Under the pieces are notes generated by a model that saw only the letters and a program-made list of their open reading frames with translations, was not told the origin of the DNA and did not search any database. A program made the position numbers and the translations under genes. Below are positions 11,600-23,689 of a stretch of 64,000 nucleotides of DNA, piece after piece. Source of the DNA: Glaucostegus cemiculus (Eukaryota); the NCBI GenBank assembly GCA_976551045.1, contig CDPCPM010000056.1, forward strand, positions 14,570,001 through 14,634,000. Direction: 5' to 3'. Within the stretch, counting starts at the first letter, position 1. Each line of letters begins with the position of its first letter.

Positions 11600-12900
11600 A
11601 TTTTTTATAAAGCTGTACCATAACTTCTCTGCTCTATGCTCCAACTATTGAAGCTACCATTAGTAACTTGTCTGTCTGTGCTGCCACCTTCAGGCACGTT
11701 TAGACTTGTACATTAAAGTCCACCTATTCCTCAGTACATCCTAGGGTCGTACCATTCATTATACATGTCCTGCTCTTATTTGACCTCTCAAAATGCGTCA
11801 CTTCACACTTATCAATATTAAATTCCATCTGGTATCGCTCTACCCAACTTACCAGCTGATCAATATCTTTCTGTAGCCTGAAACTATCTTCTTTTCTCTT
11901 CATGACATCATTTTTTGTGTCATCTGCAAGCTTACTAATTGTGTACAAAATCATGAGGGGCATAGATAGGGTCAATGCTCACAGTCTTTTACCCAGGATT
12001 GGGAAATCAAGAACTTGAGGGCATAGGTTTAAAGGAGAAGGGAGAGATTTAATAGAAATCTGAAGGGCAACCTTTTCACCCAAAGAGTTGTCAGTTTATA
12101 TGCCAGAGGAAGTGGTTGAAGCAGGCACTTTAACAATATTTAAAAGGTACTTGGATAGGAAAAGGTTAAGAGGGATGTGGGCCAAACGTGGGCAAATGGG
12201 ACTAGCTTAGATGGGAATCTTGTTTGATGTGGACCAGTTGGGCTTAAAGGCTTGCTTCTGTGCTGTATAACTCTGACTCTTTGTCCCCTACATTTATATT
12301 TATGTCGTTAATGTATACAGCAAACTTTAAGAATCCCGGTGGTACGCCATTGATCACAGGCTTCCAATCACAAAAGCAGCCCTCCACTGTCACCCTGTGT
12401 CTCCTATTACTAAACTAGTTTGAATCCAATTTGCCTTGGATCCCATGGGCTCCAATCTTTTGGACCAGCCTTCCACGCAGGACCTCATCAAATGCCGTGC
12501 AAAAGTCCATCAACCGCATTGCTTTCATCTATAGGGTAACATCTTCAAAACGTTCAGTTAGTCAGACAGGATCTCCCACCAACAAGCCAAACTGACTAAG
12601 TGACTCCGTGATCATGTCCCTCAGGACTTTTTGTAATAACTTCTCCACCACTGATGTAAGAGTCACAAGCCTGTATTTACCTGGCTTATCCATGCTACCC
12701 TTGATTAAAGGAACTGTACTTACTGTCCTCCAGTCTTCTGGCACCTCATCTGTGCCAATGAAGATTTAAAAGTCTTTGTCAGGGCCCCAGCTGTCTCTTC
12801 CTGAGGCAGCATGGGATATAACTTTTCAGGCCTTGGGGATTTGTCCATCTTAATATATCCTAAGACATTTAATATCTCCTCTTTAACGATAAATGCTCCA
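11600..12900 (-). mobile_element. CR1 LINE RT fragment with a + strand CR1 3' fragment nested at about 11941-12280
   Basis: Minus peptides ISKLADDTK..LQKDIDQLVSW..QMEFNIDKCEV and PEDWR..KPGKYRLVTLTSVV; the insert reads + strand YKIMRGIDRV and ends in a CR1 tail. Confidence 0.75.
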
Positions 12901-13372
12901 GAATATCATCATCTCCCTATCTCTGTGACTTGTTTTGTTTTAGTTTGCCCCTTGTTCCTAGATCACTTACCATTCCATTTTTCTGACATCTTTCAGTCAA
13001 GGTTTTCTATATTACCTATATTCTAGTGCCCATTCTCATTATTCATCCTTCCACTCTTCTCCCCATCTGGCACTTCCTCTTGATAACACTGTAATGAACA
13101 AAACGTTGACTGTAAGCCTGGATTGTCATTTGGCATAGTAATTGTGGCTCCATGTGCTACACAGTCATGCCATCTTGTTTAAAAATTGGCAGTGATTTGA
13201 AGTGTCCCTGAATTCACACTGCTGATCACTTGAATGAAATGTGAGCAGCCAGCATAAATGTTTTATTCATTTGATGAAATGCAGGGTTTCTTGTATTGCC
13301 TGGGCCCTGTTATTCAGTATCTGACGGAGGCTTGTTGATGGCTGATGAGCCTCATTGCTCTGATATTGGTAA

Positions 13373-13708
13373 ATAAGGTGGATGGTAATAGTCATTTCCC
13401 CAGGGTAGGGGAGTTCAAAACCTGGGGGCATAGGTTTAAACTGAGAGGGGAAAGATTTAAAAGGGACCTGAGGGGCAACTTTTTCCACACAGAGGGTGGT
13501 GAATATTTGAAATGAGTTGCCAGAGGAAGTGATTGAGGCAGCTACAATAATATTTAGGAAGCACTTGGATAGATACATGGAGGGGTGGGGCTTAGAGGGA
13601 TATGGGCCGGATGCAGGAAATTGGGGCTAGCTGGGTAGGCACTGTGGTCAGCATGGACTCATTGGGCCAAAGGGTCTGTATCCATGCTGTATTGCTCCAT
13701 GACTCCAA
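13373..13708 (+). mobile_element. CR1 LINE 3' end fragment
   Basis: ggggcataggtttaaa..gaggggcaactttttccacacagagggtggtg..gggccaaagggtctgtatccatgctgt. Confidence 0.78.
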
Positions 13709-13873
13709 ATAAGCTATTTACTAAGGGGGATATGGCTGCTTTATTCTGGAACAATGGTCAACCCCTTTTCAACCTGAAAAATTAGTTTTCTCAGTTCCTT
13801 ATGACAGCCCCTTTTGGTTAGACATTTACATTTCACAGGAAATTATATCAATTGTTTCATTTTCTTCATTTAG

Positions 13874-14009
13874 GTGAAATTATCAGCTGCTTGGAGAATT
13901 TTCCAGTCAAATCAGTTGATCTAAATGATCTAGTTGTTACCCTGGATATTTTTGTGCTGACTCTTCCTTTAGAAATTGAAATTATACCTGTTGATATGAA
14001 CCACCACAG
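13874..14009 (+). CDS. SZT2: SZT2 exon 7: GEIISCLENFPVKSVDLNDLVVTLDIFVLTLPLEIEIIPVDMNHH
   Basis: tttag| acceptor, AG|gtaagt donor; phase 1 to 2; VTLDxFxLTLPLE motif. Confidence 0.93.
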
Positions 14010-14265
14010 GTAAGTTGAGAGGCAAGTAGCAATTTTGCATCTTTTAGCTGCACAGTGTCCAGTGAAATGAGTTGGTGAACTCTGCGTGTATTGTGAGGGC
14101 AATTGGAATGTCTGCTTAGTGTTCCAAGCAAGATGTTACTCGGTCATTATAAACCGTGGTTTCTAGAGATCTTCTATCTCTAGGAAGATGGCAATCGCTG
14201 ACCCAAGGCTTGGTAATGCTTAAGAACTGACATGGGAAGTAAACAATCAAATACAATTGAGTGAC

Positions 14266-16287
14266 AGGGAAGTCGTGAGAGGATGCGGGAACCGTGGTGT
14301 ACGAAGGCTATAATAAAGCTAGTCAAGGAGAAAAGAAAAGCGCACAAAAGGTACAGGGAGCTAGGTAATGTTAGAGATCTGGAAGAGTACAAGGCTAATA
14401 GGAAGGAACTTAAGAAAGAGATTAGGAGAGCCAGAAGGGGACATGAGAAGGCCTTGGCGGGTAGGATTAAGGAAAACTCCAAGGCATTCTACAGGTTTGT
14501 GAAGAGTAAGAGGATGAGATATGAAAGGATAGGGCCTATCAAGAGTGGAAGCAGGGAAGTGTGTATGGACTCGGAAGAAATAGCGGAGGTGCTTAATGAA
14601 TGCTTTACTTCGGTATTCACTATGGAGAAGGATCAAGGGAATTGTAGTGGGGGCTTGCAGCGGCCTGAAAGGATTGAGCGGGTGGATATTAGAAAGGAGG
14701 AGGTGCTGAAACCTTTGGAGAGTATTAAGTTAGATAAGTCGCCGGGGCCAGACAAGATGTATTACAGGTTGCTGTGGGAGGGAAGGGAGGAGATTGCGGA
14801 GCCTCTGACAATGATCTTTGCGTCGTCGATGGAGACGGGAGAGGTTCCGGTAGATTGGAGGGTTGCGGATGTTGTGCCGTTATTCAAAAAGGGGAATAGG
14901 GATAGCCCGGGGAATTATAGACCGATGAGTCGTACCTCGGTGGTTGGTAAGCTGCGGGAGAAGATCCTGAGAGGCAGAATTTATGAACACTTGGAGAAGT
15001 ATGGCATGATTAGAAATAGTCAGCATGGCTTTGTCAAGGGCAGGTCCTGTCTGACGAGTCTTATAGAATTTTTTGAACAAGTGACCAAGAACGTCGATGA
15101 AGGGAGATCGGTAGATGTAGTGTACATGGATTTTAGCAAGGCGTTTGATAAGGTGACCCATGCGAAGCTTATGGAGAGGGTGAGGAGACACGGGATCCAG
15201 GGGAACATTGCGGTGTGGATTCAGAATTGGCTGGCCCACAGAAGGCAAAGAGTGGTTGTGGAAGGGTCGTATTCTGAGTGGAGTTCGGTGACCTCTGGTG
15301 TACCTCAGGGATCTGTGCTGGGACCCTTGCTGTTTGTCATTTTTATAAATGACCTGGATGAGGAAGTGGAGGGGTGGGTCAGTAAGTTTGCTGACAACAT
15401 GAAGGTTTGGGGAGCTGTGGATAGTTTGGAGGGCTGTCAGAGGCTACAGAGGGATATAGATAGGATGCAGAGTTGGGCTGAGAAATGACAGATGGAGTTC
15501 AACCCAGATAAATGTGAAGTGGTTCATTTTGGAAGGTGGAATAGGTTGGCGGAATATAGAATTAATGGTAAGACTCTTGGCAGTGTGGAGGATCAGAGGG
15601 ATCTTGGGGTCTGAGTCCATAGGACACTCAAGGCGGCTGCGCAGGTTGACTCCGTGGTTAGGAAGGCGTATGGTGTATTGTCCTTCATCGGTCGAGGGAT
15701 TGAATTTAGGAGTAGGGAGGTACTGCTTCAGTTGTATAGGTCCCTGGTCAGACCTCAGCTGGAGTATTGTGTTCAGTTCTGGTCGCCTCACTACAGGAAG
15801 GATGTGGAAGCTGTAGAGAGGGTGCAGAGGAGGTTTACGAGGATGCTGCCTGGGATGAGGAGCATGCTTTATGAAAGCAGGTTGCGGGAACTCGGCCTTT
15901 TCTCCTTGGAGAGGAGGATGACGGGGACCTGATTGAGGTGTATAAGATGATGAGAGGTATTGATCGTGTAGATAGTCGGAGGCTTTTCCCTAGGGCTGAA
16001 ATGATGGCCACAAGAGGACATAGGTTTAAGGTGCTGGGGGGAAGATATAGGGGAGATGTTAGGGGTAAGTTTTTTACTCGGAGAGTGGTGAGTGCATGCA
16101 ATAGGCTGCCAGAGATGGTGGTGGAGGCAGATAAGATAGGGTCTTTCAAGCAACTGTTGGATAGGTACATGGAGGTAAATAAGATAGAAGGCTATGGGTA
16201 AGCCTAATAGTGTGGGGACATGTTCAGCACAGCTTTGTGGGCTGAAGGGCCTGAATTATGCTGTAGGTATCTATGTTCTATGTTCTA
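14266..16287 (+). mobile_element. Young 5'-truncated CR1 LINE (about 2 kb), near-complete RT region, inactivated
   Basis: ORF 14283-15488 has CR1 RT motifs ([35 protein letters not shown] instead of FADD); stops near 15487 and 15612; C-terminus RPQLEYCVQFWSP; (TTCTATG)n tail. Confidence 0.93.
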
Positions 16288-16304
16288 AAATCATTTAGAA
16301 CAAA

Positions 16305-16502
16305 ACATTTAAAACAAAAACAGAAACTGCGGAGAATACTGAGTAAGTTAAGCTGCATCTGTGGGAAGAGAAACAGAGTCAAGGTTTCAGGTTGGAGAAT
16401 GTTCTGACAAAGGATCTTCAACTTGAAACCTTGGCTCTGTTTCTCTTCCCACAGATGTGGCATGACCTGCTGATTATTTCCAGCATTTTCAATTTTTGTT
16501 TT
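16305..16502. mobile_element. Fold-back (inverted) Penelope pLTR-derived element; 39-bp near-perfect stem 16356-16394 / 16419-16457
   Basis: Arms are reverse complements (2 G-T mismatches in the core); homologous to the pLTR at 27714-27847; degenerate CTGACAA..GAAA core. Confidence 0.75.
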
Positions 16503-16814
16503 ACAATCAAGTACAATTGTTGAATTTAGAAGAACAAGCTCTTTAATTTCAGAGTATACTTTATTCATAAAAAAGTCAAATATGCATGATATGAAACACT
16601 TAAGTTGGCATTTTCATCACACGTCATGTTATTCCCATTACTTGGCGTTAATATGTTACTAGCTATCATTTGTGCATAACCCTTGAACAGGCAGTTCAGG
16701 GTGTTTTAACACAGATCTCAACTAATTAATAGACAATGGCAAGAGCGCCCTAAATGGCTATTCCCCACAGATGCCCTGCAATGGCTGCACCGAGCCCCGG
16801 TGCCCCTCAGCATG

Positions 16815-17605
16815 TAGTCATAGAACCATAGAATAATACAACAAAATACAGGCCCTTCAGCCCACCATGTTGTAGCCACTCCTAAGACTAGCTAACCCCT
16901 TCCTCCCACCTTTAAATACAACAAAATACAGGCCCTTCAGCCCACCATGTTGTAGCCACTCCTAAGACTAGCTAACCCCTTCCTCCCACCTTTAAATTCC
17001 TCCATATGTTTATCTAACAATCTCTTGAACTTGCCCAACATATCAGCCTCCACCACTACCCCAGGCAGCGCATTCCATGCACCAGCCACTCTCTGGGTGA
17101 AAAACCTCCATCTGATATCTCCCTTAACTTCCCACCCATTACTTTAAAGCCATGTCCTCTTGCATTGAGCATTGGTGCCCAGGGAAAGAGGTGCTGGCTG
17201 TCTATCTGTTCCTCTTAATATTTTGTATACCTCTATCATGTCTCCCCTCATCCTCCTACTCTCCAAAGAGTAAAGCTCTAGCTCCCTTAGTCTCTCCTCA
17301 TAATTCGTACTCTCCAATCTAGGCAGCATCCTGGTAAATCTCCTCTACACCCTTTCCAATGCTTCCACATCCTTCCTAGAATGAGGTGACCAGAACTGGA
17401 CACAGTACTTACTCCAAGTGTGGTCTAACCAGAGTTTTATAGAACTGCATCATTACCTCGCGGCTCTTAAACTCGATCCCATGACTTACGAAAGCTAACA
17501 TCCCATAAGCATTCTTAACTACCCTACCCACCTATGAGGCAATTTTCAGTGATCTGTGGATATGAACCTCCAGATCCCTCTGCTACTCTACACTATCCAG
17601 ACACC
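16815..17605 (-). mobile_element. CR1 LINE 3' fragment containing an 80-bp perfect tandem duplication (16835-16997)
   Basis: Minus peptide MLPRLESTNYEERLRELELYSLESRRMRGDMIEVYKIL; tail complement catagaaccatagaa. Confidence 0.85.
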
Positions 17606-18182
17606 TTTTGAGCTTACTAGTTTGCAGCACTTGGTCAAAGACTTCTGGCCCATCAAAATTTAGCTTCCTATGAGGGCTGTCCAGTCTAATTCTAGTTTGC
17701 TGCTTGTCCCTGTTATGTGCCACTTGTTTAAGAATTTTTTGATTAGAATTGTATAGACTAGGCTCAGTAGGTTTGTGGAAAAGAATTCCACTGTCTACCT
17801 TTCCTTTTTGAAAAGTAATTTTATGTAACTTTTTTATTTGCAATTATCTTTAATTTGTATCCTTTTGTTAATATCTCTCCAACCAGAGAAAAAAAACAAG
17901 TTTCATAAGCAACATCTATTATGAAGCCTCTAGCCAGAAGCTAACACAACAGTGTTATCACCTGTACAGATTGTGTACATGGGTGTGCTGAAATAAGTGG
18001 AAATCCATTTACCCAGACAAGAAGTGGTTGAATACAGAGTTATCTGAGACATGAACAGATGTCTGCATGTGATGTTCAATTTCAGGCTACATTGACTTCC
18101 TCGTACTTTTCCCAAGGACAGCTGTGCTATTGCAGATTAATTTGTGTATGTAATTCTTTGCAAATATATTCACTTTCCCTAG

Positions 18183-18299
18183 GTACACATCTGAAAGCAG
18201 CAGTTCCATGAACCGATCACCAGGACAACCATCATCATATCGATCTGATGAAGAGTTAATGCAAAGCATAGATCAACTTGCCTCTACCACAGATGAGAG
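18183..18299 (+). CDS. SZT2: SZT2 exon 8: RYTSESSSSMNRSPGQPSSYRSDEELMQSIDQLASTTDE
   Basis: ccctag| acceptor, AG|gtgcag donor; phase 2 to 2; TSESS..RSPGQPSS motif. Confidence 0.9.
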
Positions 18300-18544
18300 G
18301 TGCAGTCTTTTGAGAAATTAATTAAAAATAAGTCAGTCTAATGTATTTGTTTCTAATAAATTATCAGAATTTACATAATTTATTTTAATTTTGAATGATC
18401 AAAAACATAATTTCTGAAATTATTTTTTTAAAAATTAATTGGTGTCATCAAAACTAAGATATTAAGCTTGCAAAATGAAACATATTTATGAAAGTCCTGT
18501 GACAATATCCTATCCTAATCTGGCTCAATGAATTTCAAAGCAAA

Positions 18545-18725
18545 TGACTGCAAGTACAGGAAATCTGAAATAAAAACATGAAATGCTGTAGATACTCAGC
18601 AAGCCAGGCAGCACCTTTGGCGGTTCTGATGAAAGGACCTGAAATGTTAACTCTGCTTCCTTCCCCATAGATGTTGCCTGACCTAATGAGTATTTCGAGC
18701 ATTTTCTGTTTTTGCTTTGTGTTTC
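18545..18725. mobile_element. Fold-back Penelope pLTR-derived element with CTGATGA (18626-18632) and GAAA (18641-18644)
   Basis: Left arm (aaatgctgtagatactcagcaagccaggcagcac) is roughly complementary to the right arm (gatgttgcctgacctaatgagtatttcgagcattt). Confidence 0.65.
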
Positions 18726-19109
18726 CAGATCAATAAAAGTCTCTTACAAATACCCATTCTTGAGAACCGGTTCTCTCAGCAGCAAGTGTCGACAGAACTG
18801 CAGTGGATGTCATTAGAATCTCCAATGTTTACTTCATAAAACCATTTATTCAGGCTTCCTTGACTCTAAACCAAAACCTCCGAGTTTTGAATTTAAGTTG
18901 TGGGTTTCCCAGCACTTTCTGCTTTTACTTCACATTTCCAGTATCTGCAGTTTTTTTTGCTTTTTGAGTCTAATCGCCCAGGTGCATGGACAGGAAATCT
19001 TCCCCAGAATTTACAGGATTAATTTTAAACAACCTCTGTCCACATAGAATGGACACTACTTTATATTCATCTTATTTCTGAGCTTGGGAGAATTGTCTCT
19101 GTGTTTCAG

Positions 19110-19188
19110 GATTGCAGAGGCCTTGTCTGATCCACTTTCCAAGCTGCCACCATTGCACAAACAAGCCGTCCTTGCTACAATGGATGAG
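19110..19188 (+). CDS. SZT2: SZT2 exon 9: RIAEALSDPLSKLPPLHKQAVLATMDE
   Basis: tttcag| acceptor, GAG|gtaatg donor; phase 2 to 0. Confidence 0.88.
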
Positions 19189-21278
19189 GTAATGTCAAAG
19201 AATAGGGATCAATGAACTGGAAATAGCATTTCTAGCATTTTAGAAGGTACAACAGCTACTTCAGTTTCTTGTACTGACATTGTGTAGACATCATAGTTAC
19301 ACAAAGTCACTCAATGTTAGAGTGATTTTCAATGCAATTAGCAAAAGCTATATGAAACATTCTCTATCCAGCTGCTTTTAACTGTACAGTATTGATGGAA
19401 AGTCAGAGTTTCTGAGTGTTTCCCATCTTGTCTACAGTAGCTAATGTGAAAGGAAAATGAAAGATGAATCAAAGAACAACATGGATGCAAAGGAAGCTGT
19501 TTAGCCCCATGAGTCACAGTCTTTCCTTATGCTTTTAAGATAATATCTTCACTTTTTAATCCTACCATTGTGCATTTGTAACATTTGTAAACTGTATCTA
19601 TTTAATACTTACAATAGTGAAAAAAAATTTCTGAAGCACTTAAATATAATTGTATATTGCACTGAGCTAAAGGAGCTATAAAGTGGGATGGCTTGTATGT
19701 TGGTTGAAGAGGGGAGTTTTACATTACAACACGACATTTGGTTAAGGTGAAGACTATAATAATGAACCAGCTCTGTCTGTCAGGCAAGTTAATTTCTTCG
19801 GGTTGACTTCACTTCCTGCCCTTTCCCTATGTCTCCTAAATTTTTTCTACCTAATAATCTCAGAGATCTTGGCTTTGAAAACAAGTATCAAATAAAAATC
19901 TTAATTCTTCATAGATGGAGAATGTTCCAGCCCTAAATGGCTGAACCTTCATCCTAAGGCTAGTGCAAAAGACCTCTCAGCAAGCTCTCTTGCCAAGTCT
20001 TGAAAGAATTCCATGCTTCTCATTTTTTTCTAAAAGTCCAAGAATGTAGGCAAACTTTCCTTAATCTCTCCCCAATTACTGAGTGGGCCAAGCAACATTT
20101 CTGGTAAAAGAAAACAACATTTCAGATTGATGACCTCTGATAATATCTTCTCACAAAATACTTCAATACCAACATTGCTTTTTGATTAATTTAATGAATC
20201 TTTATTTCACCCATCTGGAGGACAATTATAACCCTTGGGTAAAAAGACCAAAAGTAGAGAGTGCTCCAGGTGTGGGTTCACCAAAGCCTTCATAGATAGA
20301 ATAAGATTTCCTCGCTCTCACACTCCAAGTCTCTTGCTTGCAATAAGGTTTAAGGATCTTTTGCTATTCTACTGCTTATTAATTTTCTGTGATTCAAGAG
20401 ACCTTAGACAAAACTTCACCTCCCACCTTTATGCAAGGTTTCATCCATTTGTAGGTTCTGTGTTTTACTTTTAGGTTACTTTTCTCTCTAACCTTGTATC
20501 ATCCGCAAATGTAAATATATTGCCCAGTCCTGAAATCCACGTCATCAGTGTAGATTGTAAGTAGCTGAGGAACAAACATTGATTTTTTATTGCAGTCCAC
20601 CAGGCATGTTTACCATTGCTGTATTGGTTTTACATACTGGTTTCTGTCCAGTAACTAATCCTCATCATAGAATTATTGATATTGATGGCACAGTAGAAAG
20701 CTGTTTGGTTCATAAGTGTCCATGCCAGCTGAAAATTAAGCTATTAAAGTTGCCTCTGCTTCTCAGAACTCGGTCCACAGTCTTGGTAATCAGAGATCTT
20801 TGAATCAGGAAACTTGTTGATTTTAATGAAGATTTCTGACTCTGCCACTGTTTCAGGCAGTGAGTTCAAGGCCCTCAATATACTTTGGATGATTTTTTTC
20901 CTCAATCTCCCACAATCCTTTCACCAATTAAATCGGTATGTGCTCATTATTAATCTTTTTATATATTCACACTATCAATATTCCCATTATATTATAAAAT
21001 TATATTTGCCTTTATAATTTTATTTTTTTTGTACCAATTAAGAACTGAAGTAGGATCTGGCTCTATCTAGACAACAGTTTTGAAGTGGCATGTATCCTTC
21101 TGGATCTGATGATGACTATTCAATTGTGTATCAACTTCATTTTACAAGACTAAGTGTGACAGATTACTTTGTGGCTCTCTCTATATAGCTTAAGAGCCGA
21201 AATATATGTGTTTCATAAAGTTCTGTGCAATTTGTCTATTGTTTTCTAACTTGTTCTGAAATCTCATCTTTTCTTTAG

Positions 21279-21464
21279 ATTCATTGGCTCCTAGAAGATG
21301 AAATTGTTTCAGCACTACGCCATTCAACAAATATTACCTTAGCCACCCTACAGAAAGTATCAGATCATGTGTCCAGGTCAAAGGACAGGCCGCGATGTCA
21401 CAGTGAAGTGGTTCCTTTACAGTTTGTTTTTGGTCCGGAGCAGTCACTGGAGAAATTTAAGGAG
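21279..21464 (+). CDS. SZT2: SZT2 exon 10: IHWLLEDEIVSALRH...PLQFVFGPEQSLEKFKE
   Basis: ctttag| acceptor, GAG|gtgcgc donor; phase 0 to 0; WLLEDE and FVFGPE motifs. Confidence 0.93.
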
Positions 21465-21769
21465 GTGCGCAGAGCTGTTAGGCTAGGATGCCATAGTAGT
21501 TTGTAACATTTAAAAAGAATTGACCAAAAGAAAGCCAGTCAGAATATATCCATTGTTCTATACACAAACTTGCAAGATGCTGGGAAATGGAGTTACTAAG
21601 ATGTGAGTTGCATGTTTTCAGGCTAATTATGAGTTGGCAGGTATTTAAACATTGTAAGGTAAAAAAAATGTGGTTAATACTTAACTGAAATGTGCATACT
21701 CTTCCTCAGAATAACTCTTGAACTCACCCATGAGGAAATTTCTCTTGTATTAATATCAAAAAGGCAATT

Positions 21770-22072
21770 ATAGAGTCAGAAACGGGTCTTTTGACTATTG
21801 AGACCATGCTCTCCATAAAGCACCAATCTACACAAATTTCATTTTATTCTCCTCACATTCCCATCAATTCCCTCCCAGATTCTACCGCCCACCTACATTG
21901 GAGTGGCCAATTAACCTGCACATCTTTGGGACCTGGGCGGAAACTGGAGCACCAGGAGGAAACACACTGGTCACAGCAAGAATGTGACAGACAGCACAGG
22001 ATGCTCAGATGGATCCTGGGCCACTGGAATTGTGAAACAGTAGCTCCACTAACTGCACCACAGTGTCACCCC
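21770..22072 (-). mobile_element. V-SINE with CR1-type tail (HE1-like), older copy
   Basis: Complement of the V-domain (ggaaactggagcaccaggaggaaacacac) and of the tRNA head (ctgcaccacagtgtcaccc). Confidence 0.7.
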
Positions 22073-22181
22073 TTCTAAATACAAGTCTTTGTTTCTGAAA
22101 ACAAAATCAACACTAAAATACAGCTTACATTTATCTTAATCCTGTCCTATACTGAAATTTCTCTTCCTTTCTTTGATAAAA

Positions 22182-22591
22182 GCATGGTAGCATAGTGATT
22201 AGCACAATGCTTTACAACGCCAGTGACCTGGGTTCAAATCCGGCCACCGTCTTTAAGGAGTTTGTAGATTCTCTCCGTGTCTGTGTGGATTTCCTCCGGG
22301 TGCTCCGTTTTTTAAAAAAAAAATTTAAAATTTTTTGTTTACAGCGTGGTAACAGGCCCTTTCGGCCCAATGAGTCCGCGCCACCCATTCTAACCCCCCA
22401 AATTAACCTACCCGTATGCCTTTTTTAGAATTTCCTCCCACATTCCAAAGATGTACAGATTAGGAAGTTATGGGCATGCTATGTTGGTGCCGGAAGCATG
22501 GCGACACTTGTGGGCTGCCCCCCAAAATCACTACGCAAAAGATGTATTTCACTGTGTGTTTCGATTACATGTGACTAATAAAGATCTTATC
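22182..22591 (+). mobile_element. Full-length V-SINE (Rex-Babar-like tail) with a nested minus-strand SINE 3' piece at about 22312-22430
   Basis: A-box tggtagcatagtg, B-box gggttcaaatcc, V-domain split by the insert, tail tttcactgtgtgtttcgattacatgtgactaataaag. Confidence 0.8.
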
Positions 22592-23070
22592 AATTGACTA
22601 CAAGTCTTTTACACAACCACAACTATGTAAAACAGAAAGGAATCCTTGCTATTCCTGTCTTGTCAAGAGCTAACCAAAGTCTTGACTTCATTCCACCTGT
22701 CTTACTTGATTTTGATTGTTTCCCATTCTATTATTTTTTTCTATTAATCTTATATAATATGATATTGTGTGCAAGATTCACTAAACTGAAAGCCAATTCC
22801 ACTGCTTGTGGGCAAAACTATTAATCAAAATTACAAGCAAAAATAAAAGTTACTGGTTGTTTTTAAATCACTTTGTTGTAAGCTTTCCTGATTAGAAACA
22901 GGCTGTATCTTGGCTAAAAAGAGTAAATATGCCAGATATCCCACATGCACAGTTGAAATGCCCAATGTTCCTTTGGTACAGGAATTGATGACAAATAGAT
23001 GGGAATTGATTAACTACCTTTTGATATGCCTTTGTTTTAACTGTTGTTCTCTCTCTCTTTTCATTTTAAG

Positions 23071-23370
23071 GAATTTAAGCACATGAATCTTCCAGGGTAC
23101 CTCCTCAATGAGGAAGCAAACAACTTTTACTATCTATCTGTGAGTCGCCTGCGTGTGCAGAGGGTAAACGAAGGACAGAAACTTTCCCCAGAACCACAAC
23201 AGCAAGGTCTGGAGAGTGAGTGTGCAGCTGCGGCAATGACATGTGATGAAAGTGCGGACGCCGAGGTAGCCCTGATATGCCATCAGCAGCAGGAAAGTTG
23301 GACTAAACAAATGGAAGAAGCCAAAGCATTGTCTGTGATTGAGGGACAGAAGAATGAAGAGAAGTCACAG
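23071..23370 (+). CDS. SZT2: SZT2 exon 11: EFKHMNLPGYLLNEEANNFYYLSV...EEKSQ
   Basis: ttttaag| acceptor, CAG|gtaatg donor; 300 nt open; phase 0 to 0. Confidence 0.87.
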
Positions 23371-23689
23371 GTAATGTTTGAGATGGTTTCACTGGTTGAG
23401 AATTTAGTTGGTTAAAATAGCGGTCATCGATAGTATTTTTCTGTACACTTGATCAGTAAATACTGGAGAAGTGGACTTTTGCAGTGACAAGGTTTTGTAC
23501 CTGCTGAAGTAATTTCATTCGTGTTCGATTAGATTTCAGATGTAATTGTAATGCTTTGAGAATGAGATGAACAGCATGGTTTTATGATCATCTTTAAAAC
23601 TTGTTCCTTTATTTAAACTCCATTTTCAATTTGCTTTCATATTGCATGTACATTTTTTATTGGACAAGTGCAGACTATGGTGATAGGGT

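Noticed and set aside
14283-15488. 401-aa ORF as a host gene or active reverse transcriptase
   Set aside because: It is a 5'-truncated CR1 ORF2 with no endonuclease, FADN in place of FADD, and downstream stops and a frameshift.
22182-22250. tRNA genes at SINE heads (also about 11000 and 46760-46827)
   Set aside because: A/B-box heads run directly into V-SINE bodies; no complete cloverleaf could be supported.
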